Shown: piece by piece, positions 1-7,750 of the stretch | Layout: every line of letters begins with the position of its first letter | Numbering within the stretch: position 1 is the first letter of the stretch | Source of the DNA: Anaerolineales bacterium | GTDB lineage: Bacteria; Chloroflexota; Anaerolineae; Anaerolineales; UBA6663 | Length of the DNA: 33,593 nucleotides | Reading direction: 5' to 3' | Assembly (NCBI GenBank): GCA_034435515.1 | Contig: DAOTXG010000529.1 | Coordinates: 1-33,593, forward strand | Made by a program: the position numbers and the translations under genes | The notes under the pieces: generated by a model | Databases searched by the model: none | What the model was told of the DNA's origin: nothing | The model's input: only the letters and a program-made list of their open reading frames with translations

Positions 1-483
1 AGTTGGAATGGTCAGGCTGACGACCGCGCCTGCCTGCTCCACCCACACGACATCGCCCGCCTGGAAACTTCCGCTTTCATAGCCATATGGGGTGATCCAG
101 GGATGCGCGAGATAGAAGAAGCCGCCGGAATCCAGCGCGGGCGGCGCAGTCGCATACGCCACGCGCTCTGCGCCGCGCGTCACGCTGATGACGACTGTGG
201 CGAGTGAGGGGACGCGCCCGGCCACAAAGCCATCCGTCAGGTTGACGTTGATCGAGGGCGAGGCCGATTGCAGGCTGACTGATAGAGGATTTTGCCTGGC
301 GTGGACAAGCGCCAGCCAACGCGGATCAGGGGACGGCGGGGCCTGTTGCTCCGCCTCCACTGCCGCGCCCGCCTGGCTGGCGAGCGGCAGAGCCAGCCAG
401 ACGAGCATCAACAACCCCAGTCCCGCTGCGAAGGCTAAAGCGGCGCGGACGGACCTGGCGAACAGCACGAATTTGTTGGGCAT
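1..483 (-). CDS. hypothetical exported or membrane-anchored protein, N-terminal part only (ORF runs off the left edge)
   Basis: Absent from the ORF track because there is no in-window stop. The minus-strand frame is open for all 161 codons from the ATG at 483-481. GGAGG (complement of 493-497) lies 9 nt upstream. The N-terminus MPNKFVLFARSVRAALAFAAGLGLLMLVWLALPLASQA looks like a signal peptide or anchor. Confidence 0.5.
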   Translation of the reverse strand, partial: MPNKFVLFARSVRAALAFAAGLGLLMLVWLALPLASQAGAAVEAEQQAPPSPDPRWLALVHARQNPLSVSLQSASPSINVNLTDGFVAGRVPSLATVVISVTRGAERVAYATAPPALDSGGFFYLAHPWITPYGYESGSFQAGDVVWVEQAGAVVSLTIPT

Positions 484-542
484 GACATTGCCCCTCCGGC
501 TGAGGCCGCGTGGTCACAGCCGCTATGGGTATTCTGCCGCGA

Positions 543-581
543 GACAAAATAACACCTCATCTCGCAAAATGCAAGATGAGG
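543..581 (-). terminator. intrinsic terminator-like hairpin after the 93-aa gene
   Basis: CCTCATCT/AGATGAGG 8-bp stem (555-562 / 574-581). On the minus strand it is followed by TGTTATTTTGTC. Confidence 0.6.
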
Positions 582-620
582 CGGTTGTTCGTAGTGAAGC
601 ACGCCAGTGCTTCATGCAAC

Positions 621-902
621 CTACTTGTATTCGCGCTCAGGTTCCCCGTCTATCGCCAGCGCCTCCAGTATCTCCCGGATGTCCTCGCCCGCCTGCCGGA
701 GCCACTCGATCAGGTGGTCGAACTCCTCGGAACTGACGTGTTGCGGCAATTCCTTTAGCCCGTCGGCCTCCGCTTCTTTAAGCAATTCGGCGACGCTCTG
801 GATCGTGATGATTGGCCGCTGCAATTCCGATCTCAGGATGCGCAGTTTGTCCTCGGGGTTGGCGTGGGAAAACTCGCGCTTCAAGGCCTCGCAACCAGAC
901 AT
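621..902 (-). CDS. small hypothetical protein with a HisKA/DHp-like helical segment lacking the phospho-acceptor His
   Basis: 93-aa ORF with AGGAGG 6 nt upstream of the ATG (complement of 909-914). A terminator-like hairpin follows at 543-581. The segment RSELQRPIITIQSVAELL resembles an H-box with Ser at the His position. Confidence 0.65.
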   Translation of the reverse strand: MSGCEALKREFSHANPEDKLRILRSELQRPIITIQSVAELLKEAEADGLKELPQHVSSEEFDHLIEWLRQAGEDIREILEALAIDGEPEREYK

Positions 903-976
903 GGTTCACCTCCTTCTGGGGGACTATTCCATCGCAACGCCCGCAGAACGCGGGCCGTGAGCATTTTCTCAGGCGG

Positions 977-1930
977 TTATTCCACCGCGCCCAGCACTAG
1001 CGCCAGCAGCGCCATCCGCATCACGACGCCGTTGAAAGCCTCCTGCCAGTAGCGGGCGTGGCGCGTGTCGTCCACTTCGGCGGGCAGCTCGTCCATGCGC
1101 GGGAGCGAATGCAAAATGATCACGTCGGACTTGGCCTTGTGGGCTAACAACTCTAACGTGACCTTGTAGTTGTCCGGCGTGAGGCCGACCGCCCCGCCCC
1201 GCTCGTCGCGGGACTTGGTGTAATCCGGCTGGACGACCGGCTCCATGTAGATCACGTTGGCCTCGGCGATCACCTGCTCCACGTGCTCCGCCTCGCGGAA
1301 GGCGGCATTCCGGCAGCGCAGCTCGGCCTTGAAAGCCTCGGTGAGCGCCATTTCTGGCGGGGCGACGTAGAGGACCGGCGCGTCAAACTGGGTGAGCGCG
1401 TAGGACATCGAGTGCATGGTTCTCATGCGCATATCGCCGATGCACAGGAACGTCAGGCCGTCAATCCGGCCTTTCTCCTGCCAGACCGTGTAGAGGTCGG
1501 TGAGCACCTGGGTCGGATGCTCACCCCAGCCGTCGCCGCAGTTGATCACCGGGATGCTGGCCCAGTGCGCGGCTTCGGCCGGCGCGCCCTGCTGAAAGTG
1601 GCGCATGGCGATCACGTCGCCGTAGAACTCCAACATGTGCGCCGTGTCTTTGATAGACTCCTGGTAGAAATCGCCCGCGCGCGTGTTCTTCACGTCCGAG
1701 AAGCCCAACACCTGCCCGCCCAGCCGGTGCATGGCGGCCTCGTGGGCCAGGCGGGTGCGCGTGCTGGGCTGGTAGAAAGCCGTCACCAGCGTCTTATTCT
1801 TCAGCAAGTCGCTGTTGCGGCGGTCGCGCGCCAGCGGCGCCAGTTCTTGCGCGACCTGGAACACCCGGAAAAATTCTTCTCGTTCAAAACACTTTAGCGA
1901 CAGAATGTCGCGTCCGGCAAAGCTGCGCAT
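977..1930 (-). CDS. aspartate/ornithine carbamoyltransferase family protein, ATCase-like (PyrB-like) but with a divergent second-substrate site
   Basis: Motifs STRTR, MRH, HPTQ, HSLPRMDEL and a C-terminal LLALVL closely parallel E. coli-type PyrB. AGGAGG RBS. The positions matching PyrB Arg229/Gln231 read EPVVQ instead of TRVQK. Confidence 0.85.
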   Translation of the reverse strand: MRSFAGRDILSLKCFEREEFFRVFQVAQELAPLARDRRNSDLLKNKTLVTAFYQPSTRTRLAHEAAMHRLGGQVLGFSDVKNTRAGDFYQESIKDTAHMLEFYGDVIAMRHFQQGAPAEAAHWASIPVINCGDGWGEHPTQVLTDLYTVWQEKGRIDGLTFLCIGDMRMRTMHSMSYALTQFDAPVLYVAPPEMALTEAFKAELRCRNAAFREAEHVEQVIAEANVIYMEPVVQPDYTKSRDERGGAVGLTPDNYKVTLELLAHKAKSDVIILHSLPRMDELPAEVDDTRHARYWQEAFNGVVMRMALLALVLGAVE

Positions 1931-1971
1931 GGGCTGACCTCCTGAGCAAGCCTCTGAGACATTTGAGGTTG

Positions 1972-2061
1972 TGGGACAAGTTTGAAACTTGTCCCAGAAG
2001 ATTAGTAGGACACGCTTCGCGTGCCAGATTGTCCTGGGCCGGACAAGCCAGCGGCTTGTCC
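1972..2061. repeat. three adjacent palindromes sharing GGACA...TGTCC ends
   Basis: TGGGACAAGTTT-G-AAACTTGTCCCA (1972-1996). AGGACA-N17-TGTCCT (2007-2035) with inner CACGC-TTC-GCGTG. GGACAAGCC-AGC-GGCTTGTCC (2041-2061). Confidence 0.85.
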
Positions 2062-2156
2062 TACGTTATGGATCGTTGCTCTCAGGGTAGCCCAGTTGTG
2101 CAGCGTGCCAACTGTTATTGTTCCCTTTCCACTGAGCAGAATGTCATTGAGGGGAG

Positions 2157-2194
2157 GCCAAAAGCAACGCGCTGGGTCTTGAGGCCCAGCGCGT
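2157..2194 (-). terminator. intrinsic terminator-like hairpin downstream of the M20 gene
   Basis: ACGCGCTGGG / CCCAGCGCGT 10-bp stem (2167-2176 / 2185-2194). On the minus strand it is followed by TTGCTTTTGG. Confidence 0.6.
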
Positions 2195-2266
2195 CAAGTG
2201 GATAAATTCGCGTTAGTTCGATTTGAGATGGAGTATGTCTATTTCAGACTGGCAAACATCGGGCGT

Positions 2267-3481
2267 TCAGCTGTGCAGTACCACCGGCAGCAGCGCGTAC
2301 CACTCCGTCGCGCGCACCAGGTCGTCGAGCGGCACCTGGTCTTGCAGGCTGTGGGCCGTGGTCTCGATCCCGGCGGCGAACATGATGGTGGGGATATTCG
2401 CCTTGCCCGCCCAGTACGTGCCGTTGGTCGAGAAATTCAGCTTGCCCGTCTTCGGCGCGCCGCCCCAGAGTAATTGCGAAGTCTTCAGCCCGGCCTGCAC
2501 GAAAGGATGCTCCTCCGGCAGCGCCCAGGCCGGGTAGTATTTGTCTACCGGATACTTAAACCCGGTGTAACTCGGCGTGTCGTAAAACAGCATTTCCACT
2601 TTGATGTGGTCGCGCTGCTCGGGCGGGATGAGCGCCTCCACCTGCTTGATCGCTTCCTCCTTGCTCTCGCCGAAAGTCAGGCGGCGGTCAATGTAGATGG
2701 TGAACTCGTCCGGCACGGCGTTGAGGGACGGCGAGCGGGTCTCGCTCATGCTGACGGTGATGCGCCCCTGGCCGAGGAAAGGGTCGGTGTGCAGCTGGTC
2801 GTTCAGATCGCGGATGCCGGCAATGATGGGGAGCATCTTGTAAATGGCGTTGTCGCCCAATTGGTTGGAGGCCGCGTGGACCGAGCGGCCTTTGGCGACG
2901 ACTTTCAACTCCACGCGGCCCTTGTGGCCGCGGTAGACGTTCATCTCGGTCGGCTCGCCGACGACGACAAAATCCGGCTTGAGGCCCTCGACGTTCACCA
3001 GCGCGTCACAGGCGATACCGTCGCAGTCCTCCTCCATGTTGCCGAAGTAGTAAGCCGTGTAGCCGTCGAGCAGGCCCAGGTCGCGGGCGAGGGCAAGGCC
3101 GTAGAGCATCCCCGGCGTGGACTGCTTCTCGTCCCCCGCGCCGCGCGCGTAGAGAATCCCGTTCTCGACTTTGCCCTCGAAGGGGTCCCACTCCCACTGC
3201 GAGCGGTCGCCCACGTCTACCGTGTCGAGGTGCGAGTCGTAAAGCAGAATCTTCGGGCCGATCCCCACGCGCCCGAGCACGTTGCCCATCCGGTCGAAGC
3301 GCACGTCGGCAAAGCCCAGTCTGTTCATCTCGGCCATCACCCGCTTCCCGACCTCGCCGATGTTCCCCATAATGCTAGGGATGGCGCAAATCTCGCGCAT
3401 GAACCGGACGATCGGCTCGCGCTCTTGCTCGACGCGCGCCTTGATAGATTGTATGGACTCTGAGGTGATTTCGGTCGCCAT
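2267..3481 (-). CDS. M20 family metallo-hydrolase, YgeY-like
   Basis: Motifs HLDTV, GAGDEK, EEDCDG, YRGHKGR, GDNAIYKM, IDRRLTFGE and FSTNG are typical of YgeY-type M20 peptidases. I chose the start at MATEITS (ATG 3481) because the upstream 21 codons of the ORF are translated heptamer repeats. Confidence 0.85.
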   Translation of the reverse strand: MATEITSESIQSIKARVEQEREPIVRFMREICAIPSIMGNIGEVGKRVMAEMNRLGFADVRFDRMGNVLGRVGIGPKILLYDSHLDTVDVGDRSQWEWDPFEGKVENGILYARGAGDEKQSTPGMLYGLALARDLGLLDGYTAYYFGNMEEDCDGIACDALVNVEGLKPDFVVVGEPTEMNVYRGHKGRVELKVVAKGRSVHAASNQLGDNAIYKMLPIIAGIRDLNDQLHTDPFLGQGRITVSMSETRSPSLNAVPDEFTIYIDRRLTFGESKEEAIKQVEALIPPEQRDHIKVEMLFYDTPSYTGFKYPVDKYYPAWALPEEHPFVQAGLKTSQLLWGGAPKTGKLNFSTNGTYWAGKANIPTIMFAAGIETTAHSLQDQVPLDDLVRATEWYALLPVVLHS

Positions 3482-3494
3482 ATTGTCTCGGGAA

Positions 3495-3596
3495 CGTATT
3501 CCGTATTGCGTATTGCGTATTCCGTAGAGCATAAACCCACGCAATACGCAATACGTAATACGCTTTACGTTTTACTCATTACTCATTACTCGTCAC
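3495..3596. repeat. inverted heptamer arrays (CGTATTG x5 / GCAATAC-GTTTTAC-TCATTAC x8)
   Basis: Read directly. The units are phased at 7 nt. CGTATTGCGTATTGCG pairs with CGCAATACGCAATACG. The pepN stop codon (3586-3588) lies inside a TCATTAC unit. Confidence 0.9.
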
Positions 3597-6180
3597 TCCC
3601 CACCCCTCGCAGCCACGCCACCAACCCCTCCCTCGTCCGCGCCTTGAACTCGGCCAGCTGGTCCATCGTCTCCAGGCCGCGCGCGTAACTCATCTGCGCC
3701 GCGCCGTCCAGGTTCTGCTCGCAAAAGGCGACGTAGTCGGCGCGATAGGCGGCGGGGAGCTGGCCGGCAGACTCGACCAGATAGCCGACCCAGTTCAGGC
3801 CCAGTCTGTTCATCATGGCCCAATTGGCCTTGACGTACTCCCACGCTGCGGTCTGCGCGTGGCGGAGGAAGAGCATGGCGCGCAGCACCGGGCCGATGCC
3901 TTCTTTGGGGATGATGTTCTCGTCCATCAGGCTGAGCGTGTGCGCCACCAGTTCCGGCGCGCGGAATTGCGGAAAACTGTAGAGATAGCGGCTGACCTCT
4001 TGCGGCGCGGCCCCGCTCTCTTTGCGCTGCTGATACAGGCGGACGTGCCTGTCAAACACTGCCGCGTCGCCAAACTGCGCGTTAGCCGCGACAAAGGTGG
4101 GGGCCAGATTGGGGTCCACTGCTCTAGGATCGGCGGCCTCGCGCTCGGCCCACTCGCGGGCCAGCGCCACCGCGTCGGTCGCGTGGGCGAGGGTCGTCAG
4201 CGCGTCAATGACCGAGATGCGCTGCTGCATTTCGCCGACGGTCTCGCCGGGGCGCGGCGCCCAGCCCAGGGTTTGCAGCCGCGCCGCGAAGAGGCGTTCA
4301 ACCCACTGGCGGAAGTTCCTCACAGCCCGCTCATCTTCCGTGTCTTCCACCAGCCGTTCGAGGGCGTGCAGGCGGCCCACCACCTCGGCCATCACGTTGT
4401 AATGCTCGCTGCCCGCAAACGCCGTGAGGACCTCCAGGAACTGCCCGATGGTCTGCTGGCCGCTGCGCGTCAGCGCCCACTGGTCGCTCAGGCAGCCCAT
4501 CTGCTCGCTGGGGGTGAGCCGCGCCAGATTCGCCAGCATGGCGGTCAGCAATTGACCCATCAGGTTCTGGCGGTAGAAGCCGATCTCGTCCGCGTTGGCG
4601 TAGCACCACCGCAGCCCGCCCGCCACGGCCAGCGGCAGGACGGCTTCGCGCTCGGCGAGGACGTAGCGCACGGTGTGCACCCCGGCCTCGTCCTCGTACC
4701 GGATGACGAGCGGGACCATCCAGATTTGCGCGTTATCGGCGGGCGCCTGGGGGTTGGAGAAAAAGCGCTGCTGGCGCAGGCGCAGGCGGGGCGGGCCCCC
4801 GGCGTCGTCCAGCGCGACCGTCACGCACGGATGGCCGCTTTGCAAAATCCAGCTCTCCATGATCTGCGTGACGGGCTTCTGGGAGGCGGCCTGCAAATGC
4901 CGCCACAGGTCCGCGCCGCGGGCGTTGCGCTCCTTGAACTCCTGCATGTACGTGCGCAGCCCCGCGCGGAAGGCCTCTGGCCCGAGGAAGTATTCGAGCA
5001 TCCGCAGGACGGCGCAGCCTTTGGTGTAGGTGATGGCGTCGAAAAGTTCGGTGGCCTGGGCGGGCGTCTCGACCGGAGTGTAGATGGGGTGGGTGCTTTC
5101 CAGCGCGTCCCTCCCCAGCGTGAAACCCTTGCCGCTCTGGAAGTCGTCCCAGATGTGATAATCCGGCGAGAGCTCGTCCACGACCTTGTAAGCCATCCAT
5201 TCGGCGAAGGCTTCGTTCAGCCACAGGTCGTCCCACCATTGCATCGTCACCAGGTTGCCGAACCACATGTGGGCGAACTCGTGCGCGATGACGTGGGCGA
5301 TCTCTTTCTCCGCCTGCCACGACGCGGCCTGGGGGTCCAGCAAGAGCAGGTTTTGGCGGAAGAGCACCAGCCCGCTGTTCTCCATCGCCCCGGCGGAGAA
5401 GCCGGGCACGGCCACCTGGTCGTACTTGTCGTAGTGGTACGGCGCGGCAAAGTAGTCCTCGTACCAGGGCAGCAATCGCGCCGTATACGCCTGGCCGAAG
5501 GCGCCCAGCGGCTCTTTGCCGCGCATCGCCCACACGCGCAGCGGCGTGCCGTTCACCGTCTCTTCCGGCGTGCTGGCCACGTCGCCGATGACGAGTGCGA
5601 CCAGGTAGGTGGACATGAGTTTAGTCGGCGCAAAGACCCACGTTTGTGAATCGCCCATCCGGGTCGTCGAGACGAGCGGGCTGTTGGCCAGCACGACGGC
5701 GTCGGGTGCGGTGGTGATCTTGTAGGCAAAGCGGGCCTTGAAAGCCGGTTCGTCAAAGCAGGGGAAAATGGCGCGGGCGTCGGTCGCCTCGCACTGGGTA
5801 CACAGCACCTGCTCCGGCCGGTCTTGCGAGAGGTACAACCCGGCCAGGCCCTGGCTGATCTGGCCGTCGAAGGCGAGCATCAGTGTGGCGCTCCCAACCG
5901 GCAGGGCGCTGGGGAATTGAAGGATGGCGCGCTCGCGCTCCGGGTCCAGCGTCACCACGCCGGTCTGTGGCAGTGGGCTGCCCCCAGCCACTACCGCCAG
6001 TCGGGCGCTGGTGATATTCAAGTCGCGCGCGTGCAACTCGACGACGTCCCGCGCTTCCAGGATGTCCAGGCTGATCGTCACCCGCCCGGTAAAAGTCTCG
6101 CGCCCGAGCCGCGCGTCGAGTTCGAGATCGTACTGCCGGGGCCGCGCGTGCGTCGGCAGACGATAAGGTTTGGTGCTCAT
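3586..6180 (-). CDS. pepN: aminopeptidase N (M1 family zinc metallopeptidase)
   Basis: GAMEN exopeptidase motif and HEFAHMWFGNLVTMQWWDDLWLNEAF (HExxH-18-E zinc site). The start at MSTKPYRLP (ATG 6180) overlaps the fabI stop as ATGA. The longer ORF to 6282 would run inside fabI. Confidence 0.93.
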   Translation of the reverse strand: MSTKPYRLPTHARPRQYDLELDARLGRETFTGRVTISLDILEARDVVELHARDLNITSARLAVVAGGSPLPQTGVVTLDPERERAILQFPSALPVGSATLMLAFDGQISQGLAGLYLSQDRPEQVLCTQCEATDARAIFPCFDEPAFKARFAYKITTAPDAVVLANSPLVSTTRMGDSQTWVFAPTKLMSTYLVALVIGDVASTPEETVNGTPLRVWAMRGKEPLGAFGQAYTARLLPWYEDYFAAPYHYDKYDQVAVPGFSAGAMENSGLVLFRQNLLLLDPQAASWQAEKEIAHVIAHEFAHMWFGNLVTMQWWDDLWLNEAFAEWMAYKVVDELSPDYHIWDDFQSGKGFTLGRDALESTHPIYTPVETPAQATELFDAITYTKGCAVLRMLEYFLGPEAFRAGLRTYMQEFKERNARGADLWRHLQAASQKPVTQIMESWILQSGHPCVTVALDDAGGPPRLRLRQQRFFSNPQAPADNAQIWMVPLVIRYEDEAGVHTVRYVLAEREAVLPLAVAGGLRWCYANADEIGFYRQNLMGQLLTAMLANLARLTPSEQMGCLSDQWALTRSGQQTIGQFLEVLTAFAGSEHYNVMAEVVGRLHALERLVEDTEDERAVRNFRQWVERLFAARLQTLGWAPRPGETVGEMQQRISVIDALTTLAHATDAVALAREWAEREAADPRAVDPNLAPTFVAANAQFGDAAVFDRHVRLYQQRKESGAAPQEVSRYLYSFPQFRAPELVAHTLSLMDENIIPKEGIGPVLRAMLFLRHAQTAAWEYVKANWAMMNRLGLNWVGYLVESAGQLPAAYRADYVAFCEQNLDGAAQMSYARGLETMDQLAEFKARTREGLVAWLRGVGSDE

Positions 6181-6980
6181 GCGGTGTCCTTTTTCTCTCC
6201 CAGTTCTGGGACGCCGACGATATTGTACCCGGCGTCCACGTAGTGAATCTCCCCCGTCACCCCGGCGGCCAGGTTCGAACACAGGTAGAGCGCGGCGTTG
6301 CCGACGTCTTCGATGGTCACGTGGCGGCGCAGGGGGGCCAGGTTCTTGAATTCGGAGTGCATGGCTTTGAACCCGGCGACTCCGGCGGCGGAGAGGGTGC
6401 GAATGGGGCCGGCCGAGATGCCGTTGACGCGGAGGTGCTTTTCGTGCGCGCCCAGGTCCAGGGCCAGGTAACGCACGCTGGCCTCCAGCGCAGCCTTGGC
6501 CACGCCCATCACGTTGTAATGGGGGACCGCGCGCACCGCGCCGAGGTAGGTGAGCGTCAGCATCGAGCCGTTGGGCCGCATGAGAGGCAGAGCGGCGCGG
6601 GCCAGCGCGGTGAACGAGTAGACGCTGATATCCAGCGCCCGGTGGAACCCGGCGCGCGAGACGTTGTAATACGGCCCGCTCAGGTCGTCGCGGTTGGCGA
6701 AGGCGATGGAATGAATGAGAATGTCAATCTCGCCTAATTGCTCTTTGGCTTTGTCCATGACCACGGCGATGTCGTCGTCTTGAGTCACATCGCACGGCTC
6801 GACGAACGGGACATTGAGGGTCGCGGCGAGCTTCTTGACGCGCGTTTCGAGCGCCTCGCCCGCGTAACTGAAGGCCAGCCGGGCGCCTTCGCGGTGGAAC
6901 GCCTGCGCGATGCCCCAGGCGATGCTGTGGTCGTTCGCCACGCCGAAGATGAACGCGGTTTTGCCAGAAAGTAGTCCCAT
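6177..6980 (-). CDS. fabI: enoyl-[acyl-carrier-protein] reductase (NADH), FabI
   Basis: MGLLSGKTAFIFGVANDHSIAWGIAQAFHREGARLAFSY closely matches the FabI N-terminus. SDR fold with a Y-x6-K region. GGAG lies 6 nt upstream of the ATG at 6980. Confidence 0.93.
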   Translation of the reverse strand: MGLLSGKTAFIFGVANDHSIAWGIAQAFHREGARLAFSYAGEALETRVKKLAATLNVPFVEPCDVTQDDDIAVVMDKAKEQLGEIDILIHSIAFANRDDLSGPYYNVSRAGFHRALDISVYSFTALARAALPLMRPNGSMLTLTYLGAVRAVPHYNVMGVAKAALEASVRYLALDLGAHEKHLRVNGISAGPIRTLSAAGVAGFKAMHSEFKNLAPLRRHVTIEDVGNAALYLCSNLAAGVTGEIHYVDAGYNIVGVPELGEKKDTA

Positions 6981-7000
6981 GATGGTCTCCAATGATGATG

Positions 7001-7126
7001 AACTGAAGTGAACTGTGAAACGTAAATCGTAAAACGTAATACGTAATTTGTATCTGATGAAGGAGTCTGACGTTTTACGTTTTACGTTTTACGTTTTACG
7101 TTTTACGTTTTACGCTTTACGTTTTA
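7001..7126. repeat. inverted heptamer arrays (GTRAAYN/AAAACGT x~6, then ACGTTTT x8)
   Basis: Eight phased ACGTTTT units lie at 7070-7125. Complementary units lie at 7017-7044. The mpg stop codon (7124-7126) lies inside the last unit. Confidence 0.9.
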
Positions 7127-7708
7127 CGTCTTACTCTCTCTCCGCCACTTGAAATTCCACGGCTTGCTCGCCCACGGTTCCGGGGTGCGGTTCAGTCCTA
7201 CGCGCGGGCCGCGAACGACTTCGGCCTCGGGTGCGGCGCGGCCCCGCTCGACGAACAGGGCCGCGTCCGGGGCGCACAGGTCGCAGCCGTCGAGCCGTTG
7301 GTCAATGTCCAGGGCCTGGGCGAGTTTCGCCGGGCCGTCGGTCAGAATTTTATCCGGTCGTCTGCGCCGCCGCCGCATCGCCTCGATCCCTTCGACCGGG
7401 AATATGGCGCGGATGAGCACCGCCGCCGGGAAGCCCTCGGCCTCGGCGACGAAGTTGAGCATCCAGTGCATGCCATAAGTGAAATAGACGTAGGCGTGGC
7501 CGGGCGGGCCGTACATCACTCCGTTGCGCGGCGTGCGCCCGAAACGGGCGTGGCAGGCCAGGTCATCTTCGCCGATGTACGCCTCGGTTTCGGCGATCAG
7601 GCCCGCGAGCCGCTGACCCCGGTAAATCCGAACGAGGCGCTGGCCCAGCAAAGCGCGGGCGACCTCCAGCGTGGGCCGGGCATAAAACCGGCGATCTAAA
7701 CGGGCCAT
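7124..7708 (-). CDS. mpg: DNA-3-methyladenine glycosylase (MPG/AAG family)
   Basis: RFYARPTLEVARALLGQRL..TEAYIGEDDLACHARFGRTPRNGVMYGPPGHAYVYFTYGMHWMLN is characteristic of the family. I prefer the ATG at 7708 to the TTG at 7744, but the start is uncertain. Confidence 0.85.
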   Translation of the reverse strand: MARLDRRFYARPTLEVARALLGQRLVRIYRGQRLAGLIAETEAYIGEDDLACHARFGRTPRNGVMYGPPGHAYVYFTYGMHWMLNFVAEAEGFPAAVLIRAIFPVEGIEAMRRRRRRPDKILTDGPAKLAQALDIDQRLDGCDLCAPDAALFVERGRAAPEAEVVRGPRVGLNRTPEPWASKPWNFKWRRESKT

Positions 7709-7750
7709 CCAGGCGTATTGTAAGCGATTAGGCGATGAATACAAAACCTG

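Noticed and set aside
188-736. 182-aa plus-strand ORF at the left end (and 77-319 and 326-547 on the minus strand)
   Set aside because: It spans an intergenic terminator and two real minus-strand genes. The better explanation is the edge-truncated minus-strand ORF 1-483, which has an RBS and a signal peptide, together with the 93-aa gene.
2080-2130. PyrR-type attenuator or a sigma-54 promoter upstream of the PyrB-like gene (minus strand CCUGAGAGC; TGGCAC at about 2110 and about 2026)
   Set aside because: Only a partial resemblance to the PyrR loop consensus (UCCAGAGAGG) is present. Both TGGCAC hexamers lack a TTGC element at the required spacing.
3482-3544. N-terminal extension of the M20 ORF (MRGFMLYGIRNTQYGIRSRDN)
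   Set aside because: It is a translation of the stop-free strand of the heptamer array. The conserved M20 sequence starts right after the ATG at 3481.
3859-5649. 596-aa plus-strand ORF opposite pepN (and similar ORFs at 4733-5533 and 2474-3463)
   Set aside because: These are antisense or off-frame to genes with clear catalytic motifs (GAMEN/HExxH, M20). The composition is that of a GC-rich frame artefact.
7001-7126. Possibility that the tandem short repeats (here and at 3495-3596, 16390-16497 and 33553-33593) are CRISPR arrays
   Set aside because: The units are 7 or 9 nt long and directly abutting, with no unique spacers. There are no cas genes. The arrays are inverted pairs that form hairpins.
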